Origin: Aeromicrobium sp.
Lineage (GTDB): Bacteria > Actinomycetota > Actinomycetes > Propionibacteriales > Nocardioidaceae
Reading direction: 5' to 3'
DNA length: 64,000 nucleotides
Assembly: GCA_025964895.1 (NCBI GenBank)
Contig: JAOPXY010000032.1
Span: 2,495-66,494, forward strand
A model generated the notes under the pieces. That model was not told the origin of the DNA. It searched no databases and saw only the letters and a program-made list of their open reading frames with translations. Within the stretch, counting starts at the first letter, position 1, and each line of letters begins with the position of its first letter. The translations under genes were made by a program, and so were the position numbers. Below are positions 10,294 to 19,917 of the stretch, piece by piece.

Positions 10294-10997
10294 TCAGCTC
10301 AGCCAGGGGGACGCCGCGCGGGTGTGCGCGGCCTCCTTCTCCGGCGCCATGCCGTCGTACACGCGGGTCACCCAGGCGATCGCGGCGTCGACCTCGGGGT
10401 GCCGCTCGGGCCACCGGACGGCAGGCACGGGGTGCTTGCGCGGCAGCTTCTTGCGGTTGTCCTCGTCGAACGACCACTGCACGCCGACCGCCTGGTCGCC
10501 GTGCACGAGGATGTCGAGGCGCTGCCGCTGCCACGAGTAGAAGTGCTGCATGCGGGCGGGTGGCTGCCGAACCAGTCGCCCAGCTCCCGGCTGGTGGTGA
10601 GGAAGTTCGGTGACTCGAGCACCTCCACGGTGTCAAGCTGCGCGTCGCTCACGGCCCGGCGCAGGTCGCCGTCCAGCCAGTCGTCGACGACGTCGAACAC
10701 CGATACCCGCGTCGGTCGCAGCTCCCGCAGCTCCCGCAGCAGCGCGGTCGGGCGCTCGCCCGTCGGGGCGTCCGCGGCCGTCTCCACGACCTCGACGTCG
10801 AAGGACGCCTCGTGCAGCCGTTGCGCGAAACGGCGCATCGAGGCGCGATGCAGGATCAGCTTCTGGACGTGAAACCGGTACTGGCGGAAGAACAGGTCGT
10901 CCTCGACCAGCACGAAGAGCGTTCCGGCGGGCGCGTCGAGGTGCTCGAGGAACAGCTGGTGGGGGAACACGAGTCGGACGTGCTGCTCACGGCTCAT
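10294..10997 (-). pseudogene. Photolyase-related (cryptochrome/DPRP, PhrB-like) gene, frameshifted and much shortened
   Basis: N-terminus LVFPHQLF...LVED...HVQKLILHRASM...ESPNFLT in one frame continues as (R)MQHFYSWQRQRLDIL...WSFDEDNRKKLP in another; frame change near 10553-10560; about 233 codons in total. Confidence 0.8.
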
Positions 10998-11018
10998 CCT
11001 CCGACCGTACTGATTCCG

Positions 11019-11255
11019 GCGCGCCGCGCGACCTCAGCGCCGGGGTGGGTGGGGATTCCCAGGAGAACCTCGGAATCTTCCGGGCTGGACCCCGGAAACC
11101 GGCACTGCACCCACGGAGCAACAGGGGTGAGGTGCCGGATTCCTGTGCCAGGTCCCAGAAGGTGCACCCGGCCGGTGAAGTTCCCGGGGTTATCCTGGGA
11201 AACCCGCACCCCACGCCACCCGCACCCCGCGCGCCGCGCGACCTCAGCGGCGGGG
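11019..11255. repeat. About 190-bp palindromic element flanked by 21-bp direct repeats
   Basis: GCGCGCCGCGCGACCTCAGCG at 11019-11039 and 11229-11249; internal imperfect inverted arms at about 11047-11075 and 11181-11212. Confidence 0.7.
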
Positions 11256-11939
11256 GATCGCCTCGGCGACGATCTCGGCCATCGCGGCGTATCCCAGGTC
11301 GTTGGGGTGGAAGAAGTCGCGCGAGAGCCGGCCCCGCCACGAACGCATCCGGGGGTCGCGGAACTCCGCGATGCGGATGCGTCCGGCGGCCGCCGCCTCG
11401 TCGACCTGGCGGTTGAACTCCAGCGATCCGGGACGTCCGCCCGGCTGCGTCCCGACGATCGACCCCGTCGGCAGCAGCCGCAGCAGCTGTGCCAGCGCGG
11501 CGGGCAGCTCGGCCCGCAGGGCGCGGCTGATCAGGTCGTTGCTGCCGATCACGACCGTCACGAGATCGGGCTCGACGCCCAGCGACCGCATCGCCGGGAT
11601 CTGACGCTCGACCACGTCGGTGACCCGTCCGCCGTAGACCGACAGGTTGATCAGCCGGTGATCCGGCACGGACGCCGCCAGCTGGCCGGCCCAACCCCGG
11701 TCGAAGGCGCTCGCGCCGACGCCCTGCGCCATCGAGTCGCCCAGGACCACCCACAGCGGACCGTCCGCCCCAGCCGCCGCGCGATTGTGCCGTTCCCACG
11801 CATCGGCGTACGGCTCGACCTGCCGCTGCACGGCGCGGACGCCCGGCAGCAGGCGGCTCGCCCACGTCACGAACGGTCCGTTCGACCGTCCGCTCAGGTT
11901 GGAGTACTCGAAGCCCGCTGCCGTCACGCCACCAGTCAA
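11244..11939 (-). CDS. SGNH/GDSL hydrolase
   Basis: VVLGDSMAQG (block I), NLSVYGG, IGSND, DFFHPN (DxxH). Start codon uncertain. Confidence 0.88.
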   Translation of the reverse strand: MTGGVTAAGFEYSNLSGRSNGPFVTWASRLLPGVRAVQRQVEPYADAWERHNRAAAGADGPLWVVLGDSMAQGVGASAFDRGWAGQLAASVPDHRLINLSVYGGRVTDVVERQIPAMRSLGVEPDLVTVVIGSNDLISRALRAELPAALAQLLRLLPTGSIVGTQPGGRPGSLEFNRQVDEAAAAGRIRIAEFRDPRMRSWRGRLSRDFFHPNDLGYAAMAEIVAEAIPRR

Positions 11940-12010
11940 GCAAAGGATTCCCAGGCCCGCGTAGGCTGACGATGCACCTGCCGCCGGGGCGGGCGCAGGA
12001 GAGGACGGCA

Positions 12011-12400
12011 GTGGCGAACGCGCAGGGCACCAGCGTCACGGGCATCAGGCTCATGAGCGTGGCGGCCGCCGTCGTGCTCGTGGCCTACGTCGGGGCCGGT
12101 CTCGCCGATGCCGATCTCGGCTCGTCCACCGCCCTGATCCGCATCGTGGTGCTGGCCGCCGCGGCAGTCGTCGCGGTCGTCGCGTACGCCGGGTGGTCGC
12201 ACGGCAGCACCGTCCACAGCCTGAGCGCGATGATCCTCGGCCTGCTCGGCGGCGCGTCCCTCGCCTCGACCGTCACGACCGCCGCGAAGGGCGATCTCTA
12301 CGGCAGCGAGCCCATGGCGCTGGCCGGCACCCTCGCGGTCGTCGCCGCCGTGACCGTCGCCCAGATCGGCCAGACCCGCACGAAGGAGAGTGCTCGATGA
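12011..12400 (+). CDS. Hypothetical membrane protein (about 4 TM)
   Basis: Hydrophobic ORF; GAGGA before GTG at 12011; ATGA overlap with map. Confidence 0.65.
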   Translation: MANAQGTSVTGIRLMSVAAAVVLVAYVGAGLADADLGSSTALIRIVVLAAAAVVAVVAYAGWSHGSTVHSLSAMILGLLGGASLASTVTTAAKGDLYGSEPMALAGTLAVVAAVTVAQIGQTRTKESAR

Positions 12401-13164
12401 TCGAGCTCCTGACCCCCACCCAGCTCGACGAGATGCGTCCCGCCGGACGCTTCGTCGCCGAGGTGCTGACGGCGGTCTCGGAGGCCGCCGACGTCGGCGT
12501 CGACCTGCTCGAGTTGGACGCGCTGGCCCACCGGATGATCCGCGAGCGCGGCGCCGAGTCGTGCTACATCGACTACCACCCGTCCTTCGGTGCGATGCCG
12601 TTCGGCAAGGTGCTGTGCACGTCGGTCAACGACGCCGTGCTGCACGGGCTGCCGCACAAGTACAAGCTGCGCGACGGCGATCTCGTGAGCCTCGACTTCG
12701 CGGTCTCGGTCGACAAGTGGGTGTGCGACTCCGCCGTCAGCGTCGTCGTCGGCACGCCGCGCGAGGAGGACCTGCGCCTCATCGATCACGCACAGGAGGC
12801 CCTCGACGCCGCGATCGCGGTCGCGCGTCCCGGCCACCGCATCGGCGACATCTCCGCCGCGATCGGCGCGGTCGGCCGCTCGCACGGCCTCAAGGTCAAC
12901 ACCCAGTTCGGCGGCCACGGCGTCGGGCGGACGATGCACGGCGACCCCCACGTCCCCAACGACGGCAAGGCCGGCCGCGGACTCCCGCTCAAGCCGGGAC
13001 TCGTCATCGCGATCGAGCCGTGGTTCCTGCACACAACCGACGAGATCCGCATGGACGACGACGGCTGGACGATCCGCAGCGCCGACGGCTCGCGCGGCGC
13101 GCACGTCGAGCACACGATCGCGATCACCGAGGGTGACCCGATCGTCATGACGGCCCGCGACTGA
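12397..13164 (+). CDS. map: Type I methionyl aminopeptidase
   Basis: SVNDAVLHGLP, DLVSLDF...CDSA, GHGVG, IAIEP, AHVEHT. Confidence 0.93.
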   Translation: MIELLTPTQLDEMRPAGRFVAEVLTAVSEAADVGVDLLELDALAHRMIRERGAESCYIDYHPSFGAMPFGKVLCTSVNDAVLHGLPHKYKLRDGDLVSLDFAVSVDKWVCDSAVSVVVGTPREEDLRLIDHAQEALDAAIAVARPGHRIGDISAAIGAVGRSHGLKVNTQFGGHGVGRTMHGDPHVPNDGKAGRGLPLKPGLVIAIEPWFLHTTDEIRMDDDGWTIRSADGSRGAHVEHTIAITEGDPIVMTARD

Positions 13165-13204
13165 TTCGTCCGGCCGAAGTCGCAGCGTCTGGGACACTGG
13201 TGCC

Positions 13205-14974
13205 ATGTTGCTGCGGCGTACCTGTCTGTCGATCGCCGGAGCCCTCGTGGCGACCGCGGTGTCCGTCCCCGCGCAGGGCGCGCCGGAGCCGACGACGCTC
13301 GCCGTCGAGGGGACCATCGAGGTGCTGGTCGTCGACCACTTCGACGCCGACGTCTCCGACCCACATCACGAGGCGCACAGCGAGCGGATATACACGCTGG
13401 TCACCGATGACGGCGCCGAGATCCCGATCGAGCTCGACAGCGATGCTCCCGCGGATGCGCGGTTCCGGGGCGAGCTCGTGGTCGACGGCGCCGTTGCGTC
13501 GGCTCTGGACCGCAAGGATCTGCTGCCGGCCGAGGGCGGCACGATCGCCGAGGACACGCGTGCCGGACGCACCGCCATCGCGGTCGCGGAGGACCAGACC
13601 ACACCGCTGACGGTCGAGTCGTCGAGGGTCAGCCCGGTCCTCGCCGCGGCGGCGACGCCGATCGTGCACAGGGCGTACATCGCGAAGATGACCGGCGCCG
13701 GATCGGTCGAAGGCACCGCCCCCGAGCTCGCCGCCGCCGTCGACGGGATGCTTGCCTACTGGGAGCTCGAGCCTGGTGCGACGACGTCGTTCGACCGGGC
13801 GCTCGACATCCGCACGTTCGCCGCGCCGGCCGGTGTCACGGCGGCGAACGGCTGCGGCATGACCGAGCCCGACACGTACATCCAGGCCGTGTTCAACGAG
13901 GCCGCACAGCAGTTCTCGCCGGTGAACTTCAATGCGCCCGGCAATCACCTGGTGATCCTCGCGGGCGACGAGTGCGGTGACAGCGGCCCGGTTGGTATCG
14001 CGAACGTCGGGGCCTCGATCAACGACGGTGGCGCCAGCATGATCACGTTCGACCCCGCGACGTTTAACCAGACAGGCGCGCACGAGATCGGCCACAACTT
14101 CGGTCTCGAGCACGCGAACCTGAACGACAGCGCCAGTCCCGATCCCCGGTTCAACGAGTACCTCGATCTCTACAGCCCCATGGGTCTCTCGATCGACGGT
14201 TCACCCGGCGGACTCACGTTCTCGCCGCCGTCGCTGGGCAGCTTGTACCGCGCGCAGCTGGGCCTGAACACCACCGACGAGATCGCCGGTGTCGCCTTGG
14301 CGCCCGGGCAGTCGAGCCTGCAGCAGTCATTCGCGATCGGCCCCCGGTCGGCCACGAGCGGATTGCGCAGCACCTTCGTCACCGATCCGTACACGGGCAC
14401 GACCTACTCGGTCGACTTCCGCTCCGGTGCGGGTCGCGACAATGACACGTTCTACGCCTACGGCGCCACGCTGGACACTCCCTACTCGCCGGTCTACGAC
14501 CTCGGTGTGGTGATCGAGCGGCAGTCGGCCTCACGCGAGACCTTCTTGATGACACAGCCCGGTGCGGATCCCCGTGAAGGTGCCTTCTGGACGAACGACG
14601 TCTTCGCGCCGAGCCCGGGGCTCCGGATCACGATCGGCGCGCTGGCACCGTCCGGTGCTCCCGTGTCCGTCCAGCTGACCGCACGCGCGGCCGCGCCGAA
14701 GAGGCTCGGCGCCAAGACACCGACGATCCGTGGCACGGCCCGCGTGGGGAGGACGCTGAAGGTCAGGGTCGGCTCGTGGTCACCGCGCCCGTCGTACCGG
14801 TACCAGTGGTACGCCAACGGCAAGAAGATCACCTCGAAGGGCACTCGGTCCTATCTGAAGCTGACGAGCCGGCAGAAGGGCAAGCGCATCACCGTCAAGG
14901 TCACGGGCACCAAGGCCGGCTACGCAACTGTCACGAAGACGTCCGCGCGGACGAAGAAGGTCACCAAGCGGTAG
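13205..14974 (+). CDS. Secreted zinc metallopeptidase (metzincin) with a Lys-rich C-terminal Ig-like domain
   Basis: Signal peptide; HEIGHNFGLEH (HExxHxxGxxH) with Met-turn YSPMG; C-terminal PTIRGTARVGRTL...YQWYANG...RITVKVT module. Confidence 0.8.
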   Translation: MLLRRTCLSIAGALVATAVSVPAQGAPEPTTLAVEGTIEVLVVDHFDADVSDPHHEAHSERIYTLVTDDGAEIPIELDSDAPADARFRGELVVDGAVASALDRKDLLPAEGGTIAEDTRAGRTAIAVAEDQTTPLTVESSRVSPVLAAAATPIVHRAYIAKMTGAGSVEGTAPELAAAVDGMLAYWELEPGATTSFDRALDIRTFAAPAGVTAANGCGMTEPDTYIQAVFNEAAQQFSPVNFNAPGNHLVILAGDECGDSGPVGIANVGASINDGGASMITFDPATFNQTGAHEIGHNFGLEHANLNDSASPDPRFNEYLDLYSPMGLSIDGSPGGLTFSPPSLGSLYRAQLGLNTTDEIAGVALAPGQSSLQQSFAIGPRSATSGLRSTFVTDPYTGTTYSVDFRSGAGRDNDTFYAYGATLDTPYSPVYDLGVVIERQSASRETFLMTQPGADPREGAFWTNDVFAPSPGLRITIGALAPSGAPVSVQLTARAAAPKRLGAKTPTIRGTARVGRTLKVRVGSWSPRPSYRYQWYANGKKITSKGTRSYLKLTSRQKGKRITVKVTGTKAGYATVTKTSARTKKVTKR

Positions 14975-15005
14975 AACGGGGGATGGCGGGCCGAGGGGAG
15001 GGCGC

Positions 15006-16415
15006 TCAGAAGCCTGGGGGGTGACGGTGCGCCCAGGGGGCGGCGGCCTCGACCTGGGCGCAGAGGCTGAACAGGAGTCCGTCCTGGCCGGGGTGCGCCG
15101 CGAGCATCGCCCCCACCGGCAGCCCCTCCGGCGTCCAGTGCAGAGGCAGGCTCGCGGCCGGCTGTCCGCTCATGTTGTAGAGCGCCGTGTACGGCGTGTA
15201 GAGCAGCTCGCGGCGGTGGTCCTCGACGGGGTCGCCGGACTCGTTGAACCACGCGACGGGCTGCGGCGGGAGCGCGAGCGTGGGCGTCAGCATCGCGTCA
15301 TAGCGCTGCAGGGCCGTCACGACGTCGCGCGTCGTGGCCTCGACGAACTGCAGCGCGCGGGCCAGGTCGACGGCCGTCGCCCGTCCGCCGCGCTCGCGCC
15401 AGTACCGGGTGTTGGCGCGCAGCCGGGGTTCCAGCTCAGGGGGGATCGGCGCCCCCGCGATGCCGCTGGACCAGATGACGTTGAACTGCGGCTCGAGCTC
15501 GCCGGGGAACGGGTTGGGGACGTCGACGACCTCGTGTCCGAGCGACTCCAGCAGCCGACTCGCGGCCTCCCACGCGGCCAGCGCGTCCGCGCCGGGCTCG
15601 ACGCCGTCCAGGTGCGTGCCCGACCAGCGGGCGATGCGCAGCCGGCGCGGCTCACGAGCGATCCGCGTGACGAACGGGATGTCCGGATCGGGCAGCGGCC
15701 GCAGGTCGCCGGGCATCGCGTGGGCGATGACGTCCAGCAGCGCGGCGGCGTCGCGCACCGTCCGGCTCAGCGGGCCGTCGACCGCGAGCCCGCTCCAGTC
15801 CGACCCGGACGGTCCCGCGCTGACGCGTCCGCGGCTGGGCTTGAACCCGAAGACGCCGCACGAGCTCGCCGGGATGCGGATCGACCCGCCGCCGTCGCTG
15901 CCCTGTGCGAGCGGCACAAGACCGGCCGCGACGGCCGCCGCCGCGCCCCCGCTCGACCCGCCCGCGTTGCGGCTGACGTCCCACGGCGTGCGTGCGGGGC
16001 CGACGACGTCGTTGTCGGTGTACGACGACAGGCCGAACTCGGGGGTGTTGGTCTTGCCGAGGCTGATGAAGCCGGCCCGCTGCATGAGGTCGACGAGGTA
16101 GGCGTCGACCGTCGGCACCATCTCGGCCATCGCCGCCGACCCGAGCGACGTGGGCACGCCTGCGGTCATCGTGAGGTCCTTGATCGCCGTCGGCACGCCC
16201 GCGAACGCGGGAGCCCGACCCGCGGCGATCGCGGCATCCGCACCGGCCGCCCGCACCAGCGCATCGTCTGCCGTGACGGTCACGAACGCGCCGAGCGTCG
16301 CACCGAACCGGTCGATGCGGTCGAGGTGGTGTCGCACCAGCTCGACCGACGAGACCTCGCGCCGTCTCACCAGAGCGGCCTGATCGGTCGCGTCCAGCTC
16401 GTGGAGCTCGGTCAT
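15006..16415 (-). CDS. Amidase (amidase-signature family)
   Basis: Starts MTELHELDA; GKTNTPEF, GGSSGG, GSDGGGSIRIP. Confidence 0.92.
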   Translation of the reverse strand: MTELHELDATDQAALVRRREVSSVELVRHHLDRIDRFGATLGAFVTVTADDALVRAAGADAAIAAGRAPAFAGVPTAIKDLTMTAGVPTSLGSAAMAEMVPTVDAYLVDLMQRAGFISLGKTNTPEFGLSSYTDNDVVGPARTPWDVSRNAGGSSGGAAAAVAAGLVPLAQGSDGGGSIRIPASSCGVFGFKPSRGRVSAGPSGSDWSGLAVDGPLSRTVRDAAALLDVIAHAMPGDLRPLPDPDIPFVTRIAREPRRLRIARWSGTHLDGVEPGADALAAWEAASRLLESLGHEVVDVPNPFPGELEPQFNVIWSSGIAGAPIPPELEPRLRANTRYWRERGGRATAVDLARALQFVEATTRDVVTALQRYDAMLTPTLALPPQPVAWFNESGDPVEDHRRELLYTPYTALYNMSGQPAASLPLHWTPEGLPVGAMLAAHPGQDGLLFSLCAQVEAAAPWAHRHPPGF

Positions 16416-16433
16416 GTCGACGACGATAGACCA

Positions 16434-16961
16434 ATGGTGCAGTCGGTCGAGCTCGTCCTCGACGAGCGCCTCGACGAACTTGTGCGCGAGGAGTGGGCGC
16501 TGCTCCTCGACGCGGGCCTGCCGAGCCAGGCCCGGCACACCGGTGCGTCCAACGCCCCGCACGTGACGTTGGGGGTCGCCGATCAGGTCGACGACGACAC
16601 CGACGTGGCACTCGCCGCGATCGCCTACGGCCATGGGCAGCCGCTGCGGCTCGGCGGCCTGCTGGTGTTCCCGGGCCGGCGTTCGGTGCTGTCGCGCGCG
16701 GTCGTGCCGTCCGCCGCGCTGCTGCAGGCGCACCGCGCCGTCCAGGCCGCACTGCAGGACTCGTCCGGACGTCCCGACAACACCGCACCCGACGCGTGGA
16801 CGCCGCACGTGACGCTCGCCCGCCGGCTCGACGCAGGGCAGCTGGCCGCGGCGATCGCCGTCCTCGCCGACCGGCCGCGCGAGCTGGCCGGGACGATCGG
16901 CGGCGCGCGCCGCTGGGACGCCGACGCCCGGCGGAGCTGGGATCTCCCGGGAACGTCCTAG
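16434..16961 (+). CDS. 2H phosphoesterase / 2'-5' RNA ligase family protein
   Basis: Two HxT motifs (PHVTL, WTPHVTL); 175 aa. Confidence 0.8.
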   Translation: MVQSVELVLDERLDELVREEWALLLDAGLPSQARHTGASNAPHVTLGVADQVDDDTDVALAAIAYGHGQPLRLGGLLVFPGRRSVLSRAVVPSAALLQAHRAVQAALQDSSGRPDNTAPDAWTPHVTLARRLDAGQLAAAIAVLADRPRELAGTIGGARRWDADARRSWDLPGTS

Positions 16962-16970
16962 AATCGTCCG

Positions 16971-17864
16971 GTGGCCACCCCCAAGGTTCTCCTCTTCTAC
17001 GGCTTCGCGCCGCTGGCCGATCCCGAGGCGATCCGGCTGTGGCAGCACGCGTTGTGCGACGCGCTGGGCGTCCGCGGTCGCATCATCGTGTCGAAGGACG
17101 GCATCAACGCGACGCTCGGCGGCGACGTCGTCGCGCTCAAGAAGTACGTCAAGGGCACCCGCGCCTACGCTCCGTTCAAGGACATCGACTTCAAGTGGAG
17201 CGAGGGCCGTGCGCGCGAGGACGGCACGACGGCCGACTTCCCACGGCTCAGCGTGCGGGTGCGCCCCGAGCTCGTGACCTTCGGTGCGCCGGACGAGCTG
17301 CGGATCGACGAGCACGGCGTCGTCGACGGCGGCACGCACCTGACGCCCGCCGCGCTGCACGAGCTGGTCGAGCGCAAGGACGTCGTGTTCTTCGACGGCC
17401 GCAACGAGATCGAGTCGGCGATCGGCCACTTCGACGGGGCCGTCCGCCCGCCGGTCGAGACGACGCGCGAGTTCATCGCGGCGCTCGACAGCGGAGCATA
17501 CGACCACCTCAAGGACCGGCCGGTCGTCACGTACTGCACGGGCGGGATCCGCTGCGAGGTGCTGACCCCGCTGATGAGGAATCGCGGCTTCCAGGAGGTC
17601 TACCAGCTCGACGGCGGCATCGCGACGTACGGCGAGGCCTACGGCGACGACGGACTGTGGAAGGGCTCGCTGTACGTCTTCGACGACCGCATCACGATGG
17701 ACTTCTCCGACCACGCCGCGCTGGTAGGCGCGTGCGACGTGTGCGGCACCGCGACGAACGACGTGGCCGACTGCGGCGACGTGTCGTGCGTCCGTCAGAT
17801 GGTGCGCTGCCCGGCCTGCGTCGGCCGTGACGCGATGTGCGACCGGCACGCGGTCGTCGGGTGA
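16971..17864 (+). CDS. trhO: Rhodanese-related protein, tRNA U34 hydroxylase TrhO (UPF0176)
   Basis: [50 protein letters not shown], Cys-rich tail. Confidence 0.85.
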   Translation: MATPKVLLFYGFAPLADPEAIRLWQHALCDALGVRGRIIVSKDGINATLGGDVVALKKYVKGTRAYAPFKDIDFKWSEGRAREDGTTADFPRLSVRVRPELVTFGAPDELRIDEHGVVDGGTHLTPAALHELVERKDVVFFDGRNEIESAIGHFDGAVRPPVETTREFIAALDSGAYDHLKDRPVVTYCTGGIRCEVLTPLMRNRGFQEVYQLDGGIATYGEAYGDDGLWKGSLYVFDDRITMDFSDHAALVGACDVCGTATNDVADCGDVSCVRQMVRCPACVGRDAMCDRHAVVG

Positions 17865-18232
17865 GCCGTCCGCGCTTCCCGCGCAGCGTCTTCGGAGAGG
17901 GGGACGAGCCGGACGCCCGGTTCACCCTCGCCAACGAGCGGACGTTCCTGGCGTGGGTCCGCAGCGGGCTGGCTATGCTGGCCGGAGCCGTCGCGGTGCA
18001 TGCGCCGGCGATCGACCTCGAGCAGTGGGCCCGCACGGTCGTCTCGCTGGTGCTGCTGGTCGCCGCCGCGCTGGCGATCTCGCTCGCGTGGCGCCGCTGG
18101 CTCGCGGTGGAACGATCGATCCGCACCGGACGTCCGCTCCCGGGCTTCGCCGGCCCCGGGACGCTGGCAGGCGTCATCGGCGTGCTGATCGTCGGGGTCG
18201 CCGTCGGCGTGCTCGTCGCCGCCGTACGCTGA
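17861..18232 (+). CDS. YidH/DUF202 membrane protein
   Basis: [16 protein letters not shown] motif; 3 TM; GTGA overlap with trhO. Confidence 0.85.
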   Translation: MSRPRFPRSVFGEGDEPDARFTLANERTFLAWVRSGLAMLAGAVAVHAPAIDLEQWARTVVSLVLLVAAALAISLAWRRWLAVERSIRTGRPLPGFAGPGTLAGVIGVLIVGVAVGVLVAAVR

Positions 18233-18255
18233 CGGCCCCCGCAGGGGCACAGGTC

Positions 18256-18963
18256 TCAGGGCTTGATGGCGCGGATGAGGCCGATGACGTCGTCGACGAG
18301 GCCGCGGACGCCGGGAAGGCGGGTGAGCCGCAGCGCCCGGTCGATGATCGGGACGGCCTGCTGCACGAGCGCCCGGGTGCGCTGCTGACCCTCGCTGGAG
18401 TCGTGCACCCAGAACAGGACGACCCCCATCTGTACGAGCCACAGCAGTTCGGGCAGCTCGGCCCGCAGGGCCTTCGCGAGCTTGATGTCAGAACCCTCGA
18501 CGACACGCCGGTGCAGGTCGATCGCGGCGAGGCGTGTCGTCTCGGACTCGGTGCTGAACGGTGACAGGGGACTGCTGGGCTCCGCGGCGTTCTTGAAGAA
18601 CTTGCCGGCGAACTCGTGGTACGGCTCCGCGACGTCGACCCACGCCAGCAGGACACCGGTCAGGCGATCGGCGAAGGTCGTCGCGTTCTCCAGCGCGGGA
18701 GCGGCCGCGGCCGCGTGCTCGGCGTTGATCCCGTCGTAGTACGCCTGGATCAGGTGTTCCTTCGAGGAGAAGTAGTAGTACGCGTTGCCGATCGAGACTC
18801 CCGCCTCGTCGGCGATCGCCCGCATCGTGGCCTTGTCGTAGCCGCGGATGCGGAACAGCCCCATCGCCGCGTCGATGATCGCCTGACGGGTCTGTTCGGC
18901 CTTCGGCGAGCGCGCGGGCGAGTCGGTCACGATGACCAACCTAGCCGCCGGCACCTCGCTCAT
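18256..18963 (-). CDS. TetR family regulator
   Basis: IIDAAMGLFRIRGYDKATMRAIADEAGVSIGNAYYYFSSKEHL helix-turn-helix. Confidence 0.9.
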   Translation of the reverse strand: MSEVPAARLVIVTDSPARSPKAEQTRQAIIDAAMGLFRIRGYDKATMRAIADEAGVSIGNAYYYFSSKEHLIQAYYDGINAEHAAAAAPALENATTFADRLTGVLLAWVDVAEPYHEFAGKFFKNAAEPSSPLSPFSTESETTRLAAIDLHRRVVEGSDIKLAKALRAELPELLWLVQMGVVLFWVHDSSEGQQRTRALVQQAVPIIDRALRLTRLPGVRGLVDDVIGLIRAIKP

Positions 18964-19370
18964 CGCTGGGGCTGGGCCGGGTACTGCGCGTAGTAGGCCG
19001 CCTCCTGCTGCGCGCGGTGAGCGTCGGCCCGCCCCTTGCGACGCATCGAGGAGAACACCATGACGTTGACGAAGTGGATGACGCCCAGCACCAGCATCAC
19101 GACACCGATCTTGACGCTCAGCGTCTCGACGAGCCCGGTGAGGTCGACGATCGCGCCGCCGCTGCGCAGGTAGAGCATCACGAAGCCCAGGTTCACCAGA
19201 TAGAAGCCGACCATGAGCAGCGTGTTGACGGCGTCCGCGAGGCCGTCCTCGCCGTGGAAGACGTCGGCCAGGAAGATCCGTCCGTTGCGCGACAGGGTCG
19301 AGGCGACCCACACCGTGATCGGCACGGCGGTGAGCAGGTAGGCGAGGTAGGTGGCGACGGTCCAGGTCAT
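18960..19370 (-). CDS. Conserved membrane protein (3 TM), co-transcribed with the TetR gene
   Basis: Hydrophobic 136-aa ORF overlapping the TetR start by ATGA. Confidence 0.75.
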   Translation of the reverse strand: MTWTVATYLAYLLTAVPITVWVASTLSRNGRIFLADVFHGEDGLADAVNTLLMVGFYLVNLGFVMLYLRSGGAIVDLTGLVETLSVKIGVVMLVLGVIHFVNVMVFSSMRRKGRADAHRAQQEAAYYAQYPAQPQR

Positions 19371-19383
19371 GGGAGACTCCTGG

Positions 19384-19440
19384 ATTGAACGTGTTCAACT
19401 CTCGCACTTCGACCGTACCTCAATAATTGAACGTGTTCAA
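19384..19440. promoter_or_regulatory. Two identical palindromic operators (probable TetR autoregulation)
   Basis: ATTGAACGTGTTCAA at 19384-19398 and 19426-19440. Confidence 0.7.
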
Positions 19441-19548
19441 TACGCTGACGGGCAAAGAAATCTCCGTGCCGATGTCGAATCCGGTGGACGCGGGCCGACG
19501 TGTGGGTGAAAGGTGGCCCGCACGGGCGCCGCCGACGAAGGAGACATC

Positions 19549-19917
19549 ATGCGATTCCTGACCTACATCGAGTGCGATCCGGCCGTGGGCCCGCCGCCGC
19601 CGGAGCTGTTCGAGGCGCTCGGCGCGTTCAGCGCCGAGATGAGCGCCCTCGGCGTCGTCGTCGACCGCGGCGGCCTGGCGCCGGTCGACGGCAGCACCCA
19701 CATCCGCGTGTCCGGCGGAGGCCTCACCGTCACCGACGGACCCTTCGCCGAGGCCAAGGAGGTCATCGGCGGCTATGCGATGTACGACGTCCGCAGCAAG
19801 GAGGAGGTGCTGGAGTACTCGCGGCGCTTCATGCAGCTGCACGTCGACGCGTGGCCCGGCTTCGAGGGCACGGCCGTGATCCGCGAGGTCTTCGGACCCT
19901 ACGACGGGCAGGAGTGA
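19549..19917 (+). CDS. YciI/DGPF family protein
   Basis: VTDGPFAEAKEVIGGY motif. Confidence 0.9.
   Translation: MRFLTYIECDPAVGPPPPELFEALGAFSAEMSALGVVVDRGGLAPVDGSTHIRVSGGGLTVTDGPFAEAKEVIGGYAMYDVRSKEEVLEYSRRFMQLHVDAWPGFEGTAVIREVFGPYDGQE

Noticed and set aside
15006-17849. 947-aa minus-strand ORF as one giant amidase fusion
   Set aside because: Amidase homology starts at MTELHELD (16415); the upstream part is the antisense shadow of the 2H-phosphoesterase and trhO genes.
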